40,118 bases of DNA from Thermoplasmata archaeon (GCA_041487695.1 JBGPNV010000001.1:1-40118), one strand, 5' to 3'; shown: positions 18,301 to 26,145, counted from the stretch's first letter. The notes: generated from the letters alone by a model not told the origin. Numbers and translations are program-made.

Positions 18301-19762
18301 TGTCGCCGCCTCCAACGGAAAGCTGGGGCTGCGCGCCGAAGGCGTAGAGCGCGCCGTCGAGCGCGGGGACGAAGACCATTTCGGAGGCGACAGCGACCGG
18401 CGCGGTCACCTCGTCGGGAAGGGTGTAGGACCAGACCTGCCCCCCCGAATTGAGGAACACGGCGACCGTGCCGTCGCGCGCGGCGGCTACGATGCGGCCG
18501 CCTACGGCCGCGGGCGAGGAGAGCATCGCAGCGTTGTCGCCGACGACGCGGTTCCACACCTCCGTGCCGTTCGCCGAAAGGTCAAGGGCGCGCAGGCGCG
18601 CGTCTGTCCCCGTGAGCCCGCCGGCCTGTTGACCCGCTGTGGCCACGTACATGAGAGAACCATACACGGCCGGCGTGGCCTCCATTCGCCCGACATCCGG
18701 TGAGGTCCAAAGCGGCGTGCCCGACGCGGCGTCCAAGGCGAGGATGTAGCCGGCATCCACGTCGGCCGCAAGGTACGAGAACCCTGCCGTGGCGAGGTAG
18801 ACAACGCCTGCGGAGACGACGGGCGAAGCCCGCAGGTGCCCTTCGGTAACGGTGCGGTTCCAGACCTCCCCACCGGTCGTTGCATTGAAGGCCCAGAGCA
18901 TGGGAGGGACGTCCCACGTGGGCGTGAGGAGGTTGTGGATCCCTGCGGAAGCCGCGTACACGATCCCGTTCGACACCGCGGGCGAAGCGGTCGCTTCGGA
19001 GGTGAGGTTCGCCGACCAAAGGAGCGAACCGTTGGAGGCATCGCGCGCGTAGAGCCAGTAGGTGAGGGAGCCGTAGTACACGACCCCGTCGACCACGGCG
19101 GGCGACGAGTGGACAAAGTGGATCCCTCCGCCGAGGTCGGCGGGCGTCTCGTTCGCCTGCCAGCGCAGCGCGCCGGTGGCCGCGTCGAACGCGTACATGT
19201 TCGGCCGGCCGGCGGAGGCTTCCGAACCCACGAAGACCGTGCCGTTCCACAGGGCGGGCGTGGAGAGGATGCGGCCGCTCGTTTGCCGCGCCCAGACAGC
19301 GCCGCCGCCGGTCACGTTGCGGGCCGTGAGGTCGCGGCCCAAGCCTACATAGACGACCCCGTTGTCGACGACCGCGCCGCCCTCGGGCTTGTCAAAGGTG
19401 TTGTTGAGGAAGCTCCAAACGACGTGGCCAAGCGGCGGCAGTGTGGCGTCCGTTTCGCCTGTGTGCTCGGGGTTCGCGTGGAACATCTTCCATGAGCCCA
19501 ACGGGTAGTCCGGGTTTGAGAGGGGGACGGCGTCCGTGGAGGGGGAGCTGTCGCCGAAGGCGAGGCTCGGGAAGGCGACAAGGCAAGCGAGGAGTGCGGC
19601 GGTAAGGGGACGGGACGGTGGGCGCGCGCGCAAACGAGACACTTCCCTTCGAGAAACCGTCGGCTCCGCCACGGCCGTGGCCGAGGCGCGGGCCCCTTCG
19701 TCCGCCCTCATTCGAGGTCGAGCCATAAAGGTTGCCAGACGCCCATCGAAGGGGTAAGCCAC
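15347..19762 (-). CDS. Large surface protein with PQQ/BamB-like beta-propeller repeats, PKD domains and a C-terminal TM anchor
   Basis: The ORF is 1,471 aa from GTG 19762, with alternatives ATG 19726 and 19711. Signal/TM 'LTAALLACLVAFPSLAFG'. Propeller repeats include 'MYAFDAATGALRWQ', 'LYARDASNGSLLWS' and 'ILALDAASGTPLWT'. PKD-like modules are 'FLWDLGDGSTAS...VKLTVTDELG' and 'FTWEFGDGSPTA...VRLTVTNSFG'. C-terminal TM 'LAALLIGALFLLFVLWPVF' is followed by a charged tail. There are many N-x-S/T sequons. Confidence 0.85.
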   Translation of the reverse strand: MAYPFDGRLATFMARPRMRADEGARASATAVAEPTVSRREVSRLRARPPSRPLTAALLACLVAFPSLAFGDSSPSTDAVPLSNPDYPLGSWKMFHANPEHTGETDATLPPLGHVVWSFLNNTFDKPEGGAVVDNGVVYVGLGRDLTARNVTGGGAVWARQTSGRILSTPALWNGTVFVGSEASAGRPNMYAFDAATGALRWQANETPADLGGGIHFVHSSPAVVDGVVYYGSLTYWLYARDASNGSLLWSANLTSEATASPAVSNGIVYAASAGIHNLLTPTWDVPPMLWAFNATTGGEVWNRTVTEGHLRASPVVSAGVVYLATAGFSYLAADVDAGYILALDAASGTPLWTSPDVGRMEATPAVYGSLMYVATAGQQAGGLTGTDARLRALDLSANGTEVWNRVVGDNAAMLSSPAAVGGRIVAAARDGTVAVFLNSGGQVWSYTLPDEVTAPVAVASEMVFVPALDGALYAFGAQPQLSVGGGDIALSDGTPHAGEPLTLSVTVHNRGDKLGSSDVEASVDFGGAATAVASWTVTGVPIINGQVTVQAPLRFAQAGLANLTVSLVNVTPQDGNLSDNSANATVEVLPRLDGWLSRYADAHGSNFLETDSPQNNILLWKQDVFDVQGAAFLAFGSRLILVNNATHTLYALARDNGSAVAWSWTAPAAVVGTPAIASGVLVVATCDPGATAGNLTFLEPDAGAVLSTVPLAGVPTTSLVPYGDLLLLGMSDRLLEVNVSDPSALRELPTVDVAPLDQPALQSEPVVVSGWAFAVSSVGELHAFNLTTLTEPAGWPVQLRGRTDVPPVVGGGFLFVVNGPTNVSAFSLAPLDPAPAWNTTLDGPIEGPMASAYGRLFVATQGNLSALIAGSGLLDWIRSLEPAQPSNGVRAVGNSTVFTGSERLFAVSAGTGIVDWVYEPGLLGPLVGGAALYGGTLHLASASGAILTLGLRPGRPPTACIASPPVGQTHRTREAVNFSSSCTTDPDNQNLTFLWDLGDGSTASTPEVNHTFAFPGDFRVKLTVTDELGLASLKVLDIHVIDNTAPFLVAPVDNLRPVPDVNTFDTTLWRFKVLYSDPDGDPPTEVFLNITNELEPLKPMAIVGLGPYDFQAGVEYEWLGQLLSATHNYTFSASDGLDTAQTGVVASFSVFRIENRSAPPVSFLVQYVGQGSSLLRDVTGIAGPAGLGVLHRFSVTLPANATLPQWIRIEFRYDLAVNVSDYVESSIRAYTFDGELPWNAALSIVDEAAHTVVAKLSRSAFTAGPEGLIATFGIFGELKVPPQPPIAVADVVDSRPVYAPGDRIAFSGARSQERNDNNLSNLTFTWEFGDGSPTATGMFVNHSFNRSDIFSVRLTVTNSFGQSHSTTVSVTVRTEASESTFLGLAALLIGALFLLFVLWPVFMRRGGGAGPRPLPPRRKEQEGASSKSAKVAQVAAPRKNAPSPAAESEDAEVLDELQGEFEKDTERASEK

Positions 19763-19777
19763 CTGCCGAGGTGGACT

Positions 19778-21346
19778 TCACGCCCAGTCGACGATCACGC
19801 GGCCGGTCATCTCGGGGGGCTGGGGCAGCCCGAGGAGGTGCAGGAGCGAGGGGCCCACATCGGAAAGGATGCCGGCCTGGACTTTGAGAGGGCGCGCGGA
19901 GAGGGCAAGGAGGGGGACAAGGTTCGACGTGTGCGCGGTGTGAGGCTGCATTTTGCCCTCCACGAGTTGCGCCATCACTTCGGCATTCCCGTGGTCGGCC
20001 GTAATGAGCAGGACCCCGCCGCGCGCAAGCGTGGCGTCCGCGATGCGGGCGAGCGACTCGTCGACCGCAAGGACCGCGCGCTTCGTGGCCTCGAGGAGCC
20101 CCGTGTGGCCAACCATGTCGAAGTTCGCGAAGTTCACGATCACGAGCCGGTACGTGCCCGACTCGACGCCGGCCACGACCGCGTCGCCGATCGCGCCGGC
20201 GGACATCTCCGGCCTGAGGTCGTAGGTCGCGACCTTCGGCGAGGGCACGAGGAGCCGCTCCTCGCCGGGGAAGACCTGTTCGCGCCCGCCGTTGATGAAG
20301 TACGTGACGTGGGCGTATTTCTCCGTCTCGGCCACGCGCAGCTGCTTGGCACCCGAAGCGGCAAGGACGGAGCCCAGGCACTCGCGGACCTCGACGGGCT
20401 TGTAGAGGACGGGGACCTCCCGCTCGAACGTATCGACCCGCGCCAGCGTGACGTACTGCAGGAGGGAGACTTCGTCGCGGGCAAAGCGCGAGAACGACTT
20501 GTCGAGGAACGCGTGGGAGATCTGGCGCGCGCGGTCGGGGCGGAAGTTGAAGAGAAGGACGCTGTCGCCGGACTTGATGAGCCCGCGACCGCCTTCAAGG
20601 GCCGCTTCGATGGCGGTCGGCTGGACGAATTCGTCGCCTTCGTTGCGCGCGCGCGCCTGGGCCATCGCGTCCTCTACGTCCTTGGCCTTGTGCCCTTCGC
20701 CGCGCGTGAGGAGCCTGTACCCTTTTTCCGTGCGCTCCCAGCGGTTGTCCCGGTCCATGACGAAGTAGCGCCCTTGCACGGTCGCGATGGAGCCAAGTCC
20801 CAGTTCGCCGGCCAGCCGCTCGACGTCGGAAAGGTAGCGCTCCGCGCACCGGGGCGGGACATCGCGCCCGTCGAGGAATGCGTGGGTCCACACGCGCGGG
20901 AGGGCGGCGGCCTTGGCCGCGGCCATGAGCGCCTTGAGGTGGTTGATGTGCGAGTGAACGCCCCCGTCGGAGACGAGCCCCATGAGGTGCACAGTCCCCG
21001 GCGAGCCGGCGGCCTTTGCGAGGAAGTCTTTGAGGACGGGGTTTTCCCCGAAGGCGCCCGTGCGGATGTCGCGGTTGATGAGCGTGAAAATCTGCCAGAC
21101 GATCTTGCCCGCGCCGATGTTGAGGTGCCCGATCTCCGAGTTGCCCATCTGGCCTTCAGGCAGGCCAACATCCTCGCCGGAGGCCCTGAGTCGGCTCGAC
21201 GGGTACGTCGAAAACGCGCGCTCGATGAAGGCGGGGTGCGCCTCGGTGGCGGCGTTGTGGGGCCCTGAGGGGGCGATCCCCCAGCCGTCCACGACCGCGA
21301 GGACGGCGAAGGGGAAGGGCTCTGTCAAGACTCCACGCGGCGGCAA
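19778..21346 (-). CDS. gpmI: 2,3-bisphosphoglycerate-independent phosphoglycerate mutase (GpmI/GpmM type)
   Basis: 'VLAVVDGWG', the phospho-Ser loop 'MGNSEIGHLNIGAG', and 'ITADHGNAE'. The product is 522 aa from TTG 21346. TTG 21328 is an equally plausible start. The gene ends 15 nt before the next gene. Confidence 0.9.
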   Translation of the reverse strand: MPPRGVLTEPFPFAVLAVVDGWGIAPSGPHNAATEAHPAFIERAFSTYPSSRLRASGEDVGLPEGQMGNSEIGHLNIGAGKIVWQIFTLINRDIRTGAFGENPVLKDFLAKAAGSPGTVHLMGLVSDGGVHSHINHLKALMAAAKAAALPRVWTHAFLDGRDVPPRCAERYLSDVERLAGELGLGSIATVQGRYFVMDRDNRWERTEKGYRLLTRGEGHKAKDVEDAMAQARARNEGDEFVQPTAIEAALEGGRGLIKSGDSVLLFNFRPDRARQISHAFLDKSFSRFARDEVSLLQYVTLARVDTFEREVPVLYKPVEVRECLGSVLAASGAKQLRVAETEKYAHVTYFINGGREQVFPGEERLLVPSPKVATYDLRPEMSAGAIGDAVVAGVESGTYRLVIVNFANFDMVGHTGLLEATKRAVLAVDESLARIADATLARGGVLLITADHGNAEVMAQLVEGKMQPHTAHTSNLVPLLALSARPLKVQAGILSDVGPSLLHLLGLPQPPEMTGRVIVDWA

Positions 21347-21395
21347 GCGAAGCGCGCGTTAAAGCCTTTAGCGCACGGGGGGGAAGCGGGGGGAG

Positions 21396-21479
21396 TGCAG
21401 GGGGTCGGATTTGAACCGACGATGTCCTTCGACACCGGATCTTAAGTCCGGCCCATTAACCGGGCTCTGGCACCCCTGC
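21396..21479 (-). tRNA. tRNA-Leu, anticodon UAA (class II, long variable arm)
   Basis: I folded the minus-strand sequence by hand. Acceptor stem GCAGGGG/CCCCTGC. Anticodon stem CCGGA/TCCGG with loop CTTAAGA. Variable arm TGTCGAAGGACATC. T-arm GTCGG-TTCAAAT-CCGAC. Discriminator A. The 3' CCA is not encoded. Confidence 0.9.
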
Positions 21480-21539
21480 ATGAGGGTGTAGCTTGGGAAA
21501 GCCGCCCCGCGCGCGCCTTGGGGCCGCTAGCCTAATAAC

Positions 21540-22259
21540 TCAAGGGGGGTGGGACGGAGGCGGGCGCTTGGAATCACTTGCCCCTCCCTCCCCGTCCGGT
21601 TGCGGCGCCCTTGCAAGGCGCCCGCACCACAGGATGGCCGAGAGGTAGCAGATAATCGTTAGGGCGACAGTCATGGAGGGCACGACCTGCGTGCCGAGCG
21701 CGGGGTCGATTCCCTGGGGTAGCCTCGGGTGCGTCCCCAGGGCGTAGTCGGAGAAGTCGCCGAAGGCGAACCAGGCGGCGGCCGCTGCCGCGAGGGGCAG
21801 TCGCGGAAGCCGCATCCCCTTGAGAAGGATGCCGGCCTCAACGGCCTCGGCGAAGTGCAGGACGAGAAGGGTCTGCGTGAGTTGCGCGCGGTCGGGAGCG
21901 AAGAAGTCCGCGCGGTAGAGCCAGAAGACGAGGACGGTCCAGATGCCGTACTTCACGAGCGAGACGAAGGCGAGAAGCTCGAGCGTGGGGCTGCGCGTTT
22001 TCCCGCCGAACCACCACAGGCCGAAAACGAGGACCATGAAAAAGGGGCCCGTTGGCGAGTCGGGGACGACGGGGAGGAGGTACCAGACCGTTTCGTGCAG
22101 TTGGGCCCAATAGAAGTAGATCCCGTAGGCGACGCCTCCGATATTCGTGAGGGTAACCGCGAGGGCGAGGACCCTGACCTCGCGGAAGGCCGTGAGGAAA
22201 TTCAGCGCGCGTTCGGCGACGGTCGCACCCTCGAAATACGACCGGAACGGCTTGGGCAC
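21540..22259 (-). CDS. DUF1405-like integral membrane protein
   Basis: GTG 22259, 239 aa with multiple TM segments. 'NIGGVAYGIYFYWAQL...LLPVVPDSPTGPFFMVL' matches my recollection of the DUF1405 signature (G..YG..YY..Q and PDSP). Confidence 0.6.
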   Translation of the reverse strand: MPKPFRSYFEGATVAERALNFLTAFREVRVLALAVTLTNIGGVAYGIYFYWAQLHETVWYLLPVVPDSPTGPFFMVLVFGLWWFGGKTRSPTLELLAFVSLVKYGIWTVLVFWLYRADFFAPDRAQLTQTLLVLHFAEAVEAGILLKGMRLPRLPLAAAAAAWFAFGDFSDYALGTHPRLPQGIDPALGTQVVPSMTVALTIICYLSAILWCGRLARAPQPDGEGGASDSKRPPPSHPP

Positions 22260-22390
22260 GCGCGCGCCTCAAGGCGCCCACAGCGCGGTGGCCCTTCAAA
22301 ACGCCTCTGGGCGGCCGGCGGGCGCGAGAGCTTTCGCTCACCCCCCCTTGGGACGTTCAAAGGGGATGTCGCCGTTCGTTGGATCCGTGG

Positions 22391-22409
22391 GTTGCCCGGG
22401 ACGGGCAAC
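22391..22409. promoter_or_regulatory. Perfect 8-3-8 inverted repeat GTTGCCCG-gga-CGGGCAAC in the divergent spacer upstream of nadK
   Basis: Read directly from the sequence. It lies 46-97 nt upstream of the candidate nadK starts. It is a candidate operator or RNA hairpin. Confidence 0.3.
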
Positions 22410-22505
22410 CCTCACGTTCTCTACCGTGGGGCCCCGCCTCCCTAAGACCCCGGCGTGCCGCGCCGCGGCGAAGGGTTAAGGCGGCGCCCCGACGTGGCGG
22501 GGCTC

Positions 22506-23495
22506 GTGCGACTCGCGATCCTCGCGGCTCAAGACAAGGCCTCCCGCCGGGTCCTCCTTGAGACTCTCAAGCTCCTGCAGACGCAGCACAAGGACGTGAC
22601 CGTCCGCCAGGACTTGGAGGGCGCCTCGCCTGAGATCGTCGTTGCCCTGGGCGACAACCGGTTCCTGCTCGATTCGCTCCAAGACATCCCCCCGGGCGCC
22701 GCGGTCCTCACGGTGGGGCAGGGGTTCCTCGCCGAACTTGCGCCGGAGGGCCTTGCGGCGGCGCTGCCCAAAGTCCTCGCGGGGAAGGTCACGGTCGAGG
22801 AGCGCCTGCGCCTCGAGGTCACGATTGACGGGCGGCACCTCCCGCCGGCGCTCAACGAAGTCGCGCTCACCTCGAGCCGGGGCGGCGGATTCCTGCGCTA
22901 CTCACTGGAGATCGACGGGGAGCGCGTGTGGCGCGACGCGGGAGACGGGGTCGTGGTCTCGACGCCGACCGGCTCGACCGGTTACGGCCTCTCGGCCGGC
23001 GGCCCCGTGGTCATGGAAAACGCGCAGACGCTCGTCGTCGTGCCGATCTGCTCGGCGACGGGGCAGCGGCCCCTTGTCCTGCCGCGCGAGGCGCACATCG
23101 CGATCGCGGACGTCGAGTCCCGCCTCGGGCGGGTCCTCGTGCTCGACGGGCGGAGGCGCTACCGCGTGAGGGACACGGGCTTCTCCGTCGAGGCTTCGAA
23201 GCACCCGGCGCGGTTCGTTAGGATGGGCCGCACGAGGTACCTGCAGGTCTTCGGCAAGCTGCACACGAGGCGGGCGGGGGCCGAACTGCCCCCCGGCGCC
23301 GCGCCCTCGGCCAAGTTCATCTTCCGGCTGCTTGCCGACCAAGGCACGCTCTCGGAGAAGCAGCTCATTGCCGAATCGGGCTTGCCCGAACGGACGGTGA
23401 GGAGCGCGCTCGCCTACTTGGTGGGCGAAGGGCTCGCGCGCCGCGCGCCGTCGCTGCGGGACGCCCGCGAGGCGGTCTTCGCGCTCAAGCGTTGA
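22506..23495 (+). CDS. nadK: NAD kinase with a C-terminal winged-HTH extension
   Basis: 'GDGVVVSTPTGSTGYGLSAGGP' is the NAD kinase signature. An upstream 'VVALGDNRFLL' sits where GGDGT normally is. The C-terminal ~70 aa 'SAKFIFRLLADQGTLSEKQLIAESGLPERTVRSALAYLVGEGLARR' is a wHTH. The start is uncertain: GTG 22455 (ORF track), GTG 22494 or GTG 22506. I chose 22506 because it gives the usual 'MRLAIL' beta-1 start. Confidence 0.8.
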   Translation: MRLAILAAQDKASRRVLLETLKLLQTQHKDVTVRQDLEGASPEIVVALGDNRFLLDSLQDIPPGAAVLTVGQGFLAELAPEGLAAALPKVLAGKVTVEERLRLEVTIDGRHLPPALNEVALTSSRGGGFLRYSLEIDGERVWRDAGDGVVVSTPTGSTGYGLSAGGPVVMENAQTLVVVPICSATGQRPLVLPREAHIAIADVESRLGRVLVLDGRRRYRVRDTGFSVEASKHPARFVRMGRTRYLQVFGKLHTRRAGAELPPGAAPSAKFIFRLLADQGTLSEKQLIAESGLPERTVRSALAYLVGEGLARRAPSLRDAREAVFALKR

Positions 23496-23509
23496 AGCGT
23501 TGAAGCGTT
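23487..23509. repeat. Short tandem repeat (GTTGAAGC x2 plus partial copies) at the convergent nadK/MFS junction
   Basis: Read directly as 'aagcGTTGAAGCGTTGAAGCGTT'. It contains the nadK TGA stop (23493-23495) and abuts the MFS stop (23509-23511). Confidence 0.5.
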
Positions 23510-25005
23510 CACTTCGAGTTTCGCCGCGTGCCCGGCATTGCGCCCCTCGCGATCTCCTCGCCCTTGACGACGGCACGGATCAGGTACGACGAGGCGAGCG
23601 CGAAGTGGCGCACCCCCGGGTAGAGGGCGCCGGACATCGCCTCGGCGCGAAGGGCATCAAGCAATTCCGCGCGCGGCGCCTCGCCCGCCTCGCGCACCTT
23701 GGTGAGGGGCCGGGCGGAAGCGAGCACCAAAATGGCGCCGAGCACGAAGACAAACTGGAGGTGGGCCATCGAGAAGAGCGTGGTGCCGGCCCCGCCGGTG
23801 GGCAGGGTCACGTCCCCCCGCACGGCGAGGAAGTACGCCCCAAGGACGCCGCCGAGGATGGGCCCCACGCCTGTCGCAACCGCCCGAGTGAGGAGCGTGG
23901 CGGAAAGGTAGGCCGGCGTCGACGGGCCCCTCGCGAGCTTGAACGCGAGGTTCCACGAGGTGAGGTCGGCGGCGGAGGTGCCGATGGCGAAGAGCACTTG
24001 GATGACCACGACGAGGACGTATTCCACCGCACGGTCGTGCGGCACAAAGAGCGTGAGGAGGAGCCCCGCGGCAAAGACCGGCACGGCCACGGCAAGGACG
24101 GGCTTGTTGCCGTAGCGGTCGGAGAGGCGGCCCCAGAGCCAAAAGAAGAGGACGTTCGTCGCGTAGCCCACGATGAGAAGCGCGGTCGTGAGCGAGACGG
24201 AGAGGCCGTGGTCCACGAGCAGGAAGAGCGGGAAGAACGGCACGCTCACCGTCGCGCCGAAGCCCCAGAGCGTCTGCCAACGGAGGAAGGCGCGGAAATT
24301 GCTGTCGGCAAAGGGCGCACGGACGACCTCGCGTAAGGGGACCGACGAGGGGTCCTCGCGCGGGGGCCGGTGGGGCATGAGCGAAAGGAAGAGCGAGGAA
24401 CCGACGCCGAAGAGCGCCGCGAGGACGTAGACGGTCGCGAAGGCGAACCGCTCACCCTCGGGGCCGCCCACGGCCCGCTGGTGGTCGATGAAGAGCCCGG
24501 CCCCAAGCAGGAGGGGCGCCGATAGCCCGACGAGGAAGGCCGCGCGGGTCCCGAAGTACCGCCCGAGGCGCGCCTCAGGGACAAGGTCGCGCATCCACCA
24601 GAGCCACGACCCTCCCGCTACGGCGCCAAAGGCGCTCCACGCAAGGAAACCCGCGAAGATGCCGGCCCCTCGCAAGCCGGGCGGGAACCAGAGCAGTGCG
24701 GCGACCACAAGGAGGATCGCGAGGCGGCCGGTCGTTGCAAAGGCGATCGTCACGGCCTTCCGGTGGTGGAAGCGCCTGTAGAGGACCACGGCCGGCAGTT
24801 GGAGGAGCTGCGCAAGGAAGGGCATCGCCGCGAGAAGGCCGTAGTCGAAGTCCGAAAGGCCGGCGAAGATCGCCAAGGCTGCGAGGATCGCGCCGCTGCA
24901 GAGCGTGAACATCCCATTCGAGAAGATCCCGTCGACGATCCCAAGGCGCAGCCCACGCTCGACCTCGCTTGCCGTGAATTCGGGGTCCACCCGAGCCAGG
25001 CTCAT
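23509..25005 (-). CDS. MFS-type transporter
   Basis: ATG 25005, 498 aa and about 12 hydrophobic segments. It carries an MFS loop signature 'WGRLSDRYGNKPVL'. Confidence 0.85.
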   Translation of the reverse strand: MSLARVDPEFTASEVERGLRLGIVDGIFSNGMFTLCSGAILAALAIFAGLSDFDYGLLAAMPFLAQLLQLPAVVLYRRFHHRKAVTIAFATTGRLAILLVVAALLWFPPGLRGAGIFAGFLAWSAFGAVAGGSWLWWMRDLVPEARLGRYFGTRAAFLVGLSAPLLLGAGLFIDHQRAVGGPEGERFAFATVYVLAALFGVGSSLFLSLMPHRPPREDPSSVPLREVVRAPFADSNFRAFLRWQTLWGFGATVSVPFFPLFLLVDHGLSVSLTTALLIVGYATNVLFFWLWGRLSDRYGNKPVLAVAVPVFAAGLLLTLFVPHDRAVEYVLVVVIQVLFAIGTSAADLTSWNLAFKLARGPSTPAYLSATLLTRAVATGVGPILGGVLGAYFLAVRGDVTLPTGGAGTTLFSMAHLQFVFVLGAILVLASARPLTKVREAGEAPRAELLDALRAEAMSGALYPGVRHFALASSYLIRAVVKGEEIARGAMPGTRRNSK

Positions 25006-25033
25006 GGCCCCTCACCCACCTTGACCGCGGGGG

Positions 25034-25606
25034 TCAAGGAAGCGGCTTCGTCTCGCGGGGTTTGAGGGGCTTTGCCGGGACGCCGCCCACAAAGCCCTCG
25101 ACGTCGCTGTTTACCAGGGACATGGCCGAGACCACGGTGCCCGGCGCGACCGAGACGCCGGGCAAGATGAGGGACCTGGCGCCTATGACCGCGCCGCGGC
25201 CGATGACGACGGGGCCCGTCCGGTATTCGCGCTGGAGGTACTCGTGGGCGAGAATCGTTGCGCCGTACCCAATGATCGCTTCGTCTTCGATGGTGATGAG
25301 CTCGGGGAAGAAGATGTCCATCGTGGTCTCCAAGCCCACCGCAACGTGCCTGCCCACCTTCATCCCCATTCGGCGGTAGAGCCAATTCTTGGAGCGCAAC
25401 GAGGGGGCGCCGCGCGCAAGGCGCATGAGGACGTAGTTGCGCCAGACCCGCAGGCGCGGCACCGTCGCGGGCCAGTGCCACAGCGAGTTGTGCGTCCCTG
25501 GCGAGGGGCGGGTCGTAAGGCGGTCGTGGCGGCGGGCGACGGTCGAGGAGACCAAGTCCCTCTCGATGGGCCCGTGAGGCCGCGTGGGGGCGGACTGGCC
25601 GCTCAT
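25034..25606 (-). CDS. Hexapeptide-repeat (left-handed beta-helix) acyl/acetyltransferase
   Basis: The hexapeptide run is 'IIGYGATILAHE...VVIGRGAVIGARSLILPGVSVAPGTVVSAMSLV'. ATG 25606 overlaps the upstream gene's TGA by 4 nt (ATGA). Confidence 0.8.
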   Translation of the reverse strand: MSGQSAPTRPHGPIERDLVSSTVARRHDRLTTRPSPGTHNSLWHWPATVPRLRVWRNYVLMRLARGAPSLRSKNWLYRRMGMKVGRHVAVGLETTMDIFFPELITIEDEAIIGYGATILAHEYLQREYRTGPVVIGRGAVIGARSLILPGVSVAPGTVVSAMSLVNSDVEGFVGGVPAKPLKPRETKPLP

Positions 25607-25938
25607 GCGCCCACCGCCTGCGCAGGCGACCGGATCGCCGCCGCGAATTTGGACGCGCTGAACTCCAGGGCAAAGGCGCGGCGCCCGTCAATGTCAATGA
25701 CCGGGACTTGGAAGTCCAAGGCCGCTTTGAGGTCTGCCTCCGCGTCGATGTCGACCACCTGGAGGAGTGAGCCGTCGCGGTACTCCGAACGCAAGACGAC
25801 ACTCGTGGGCCCGCAGCTGCACGGGGCAAAGCGCAAGCGTGGGGGCCCGAGCAGCCGCGCCAGCTCGCGCTCGACGAGCGCGAGAGCCTCTTCGCAAAGG
25901 CCGCACCCCCCGCGCGTGAAAAAGCAGACGTCGGGCAC
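25603..25938 (-). CDS. Glutaredoxin-like (DUF836-type thioredoxin-fold) protein, CxxC
   Basis: GTG 25938, 111 aa. 'VCFFTRGGCGLCEEAL' is a CGLC redox motif after beta-1, followed by 'VVDIDAEADL...FQVPVIDIDG'. Confidence 0.65.
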   Translation of the reverse strand: MPDVCFFTRGGCGLCEEALALVERELARLLGPPRLRFAPCSCGPTSVVLRSEYRDGSLLQVVDIDAEADLKAALDFQVPVIDIDGRRAFALEFSASKFAAAIRSPAQAVGA

Positions 25939-26076
25939 GAGCGGCGGGACGCAGGGTGGAGATTTCTAGCCTTCGCTGCCGATGCCGACCCCCGAGGCCA
26001 ACGGGGGCGGGGAAAACCCGCCCGAATTCGCGCTCCTGGCTCGGCCCAATCTGGCGCTCCTCGAACCCTGAAACGC

Positions 26077-26084
26077 TTATTAAT
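26077..26084 (+). promoter_or_regulatory. TATA box (TTATTAAT, preceded by AAACGC) for the S3Ae gene
   Basis: Read directly from the sequence. The ORF-track ATG 26083 lies inside this element, so the real start must be downstream. TTG 26146 is preceded by GGGAGG (26134-26139). Confidence 0.6.
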
Positions 26085-26145
26085 GAGAACCCGCTTGTGC
26101 GCTTTCCCCGCCTTTGAGTCGGGAATCTTGCAAGGGAGGCATCGC

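Noticed and set aside
21347-21540. tRNA-Leu as a possible integration hotspot or genomic-island boundary.
   Set aside because: There is no integrase, no direct repeat of the tRNA 3' end and no compositional shift that I can see. The flanking genes (gpmI, DUF1405 membrane protein) look like ordinary chromosomal genes.
22260-22454. A small RNA or small ORFs (22202..22408 -, 22147..22479 +) in the 195-nt divergent spacer.
   Set aside because: The ORF translations are Arg/Pro-rich with no start context. I found no C/D-box, H/ACA or other recognisable RNA motif. Only the 8-3-8 inverted repeat is reported, as a possible operator.
26005-26023. The GGGCGGG-gaaaa-CCCGCCC hairpin in the grx-like/S3Ae divergent spacer, considered as a terminator or regulatory RNA.
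   Set aside because: It lies upstream of both divergent genes, not after any 3' end. It is a short GC stem of the kind expected by chance in GC-rich DNA, with no supporting context.
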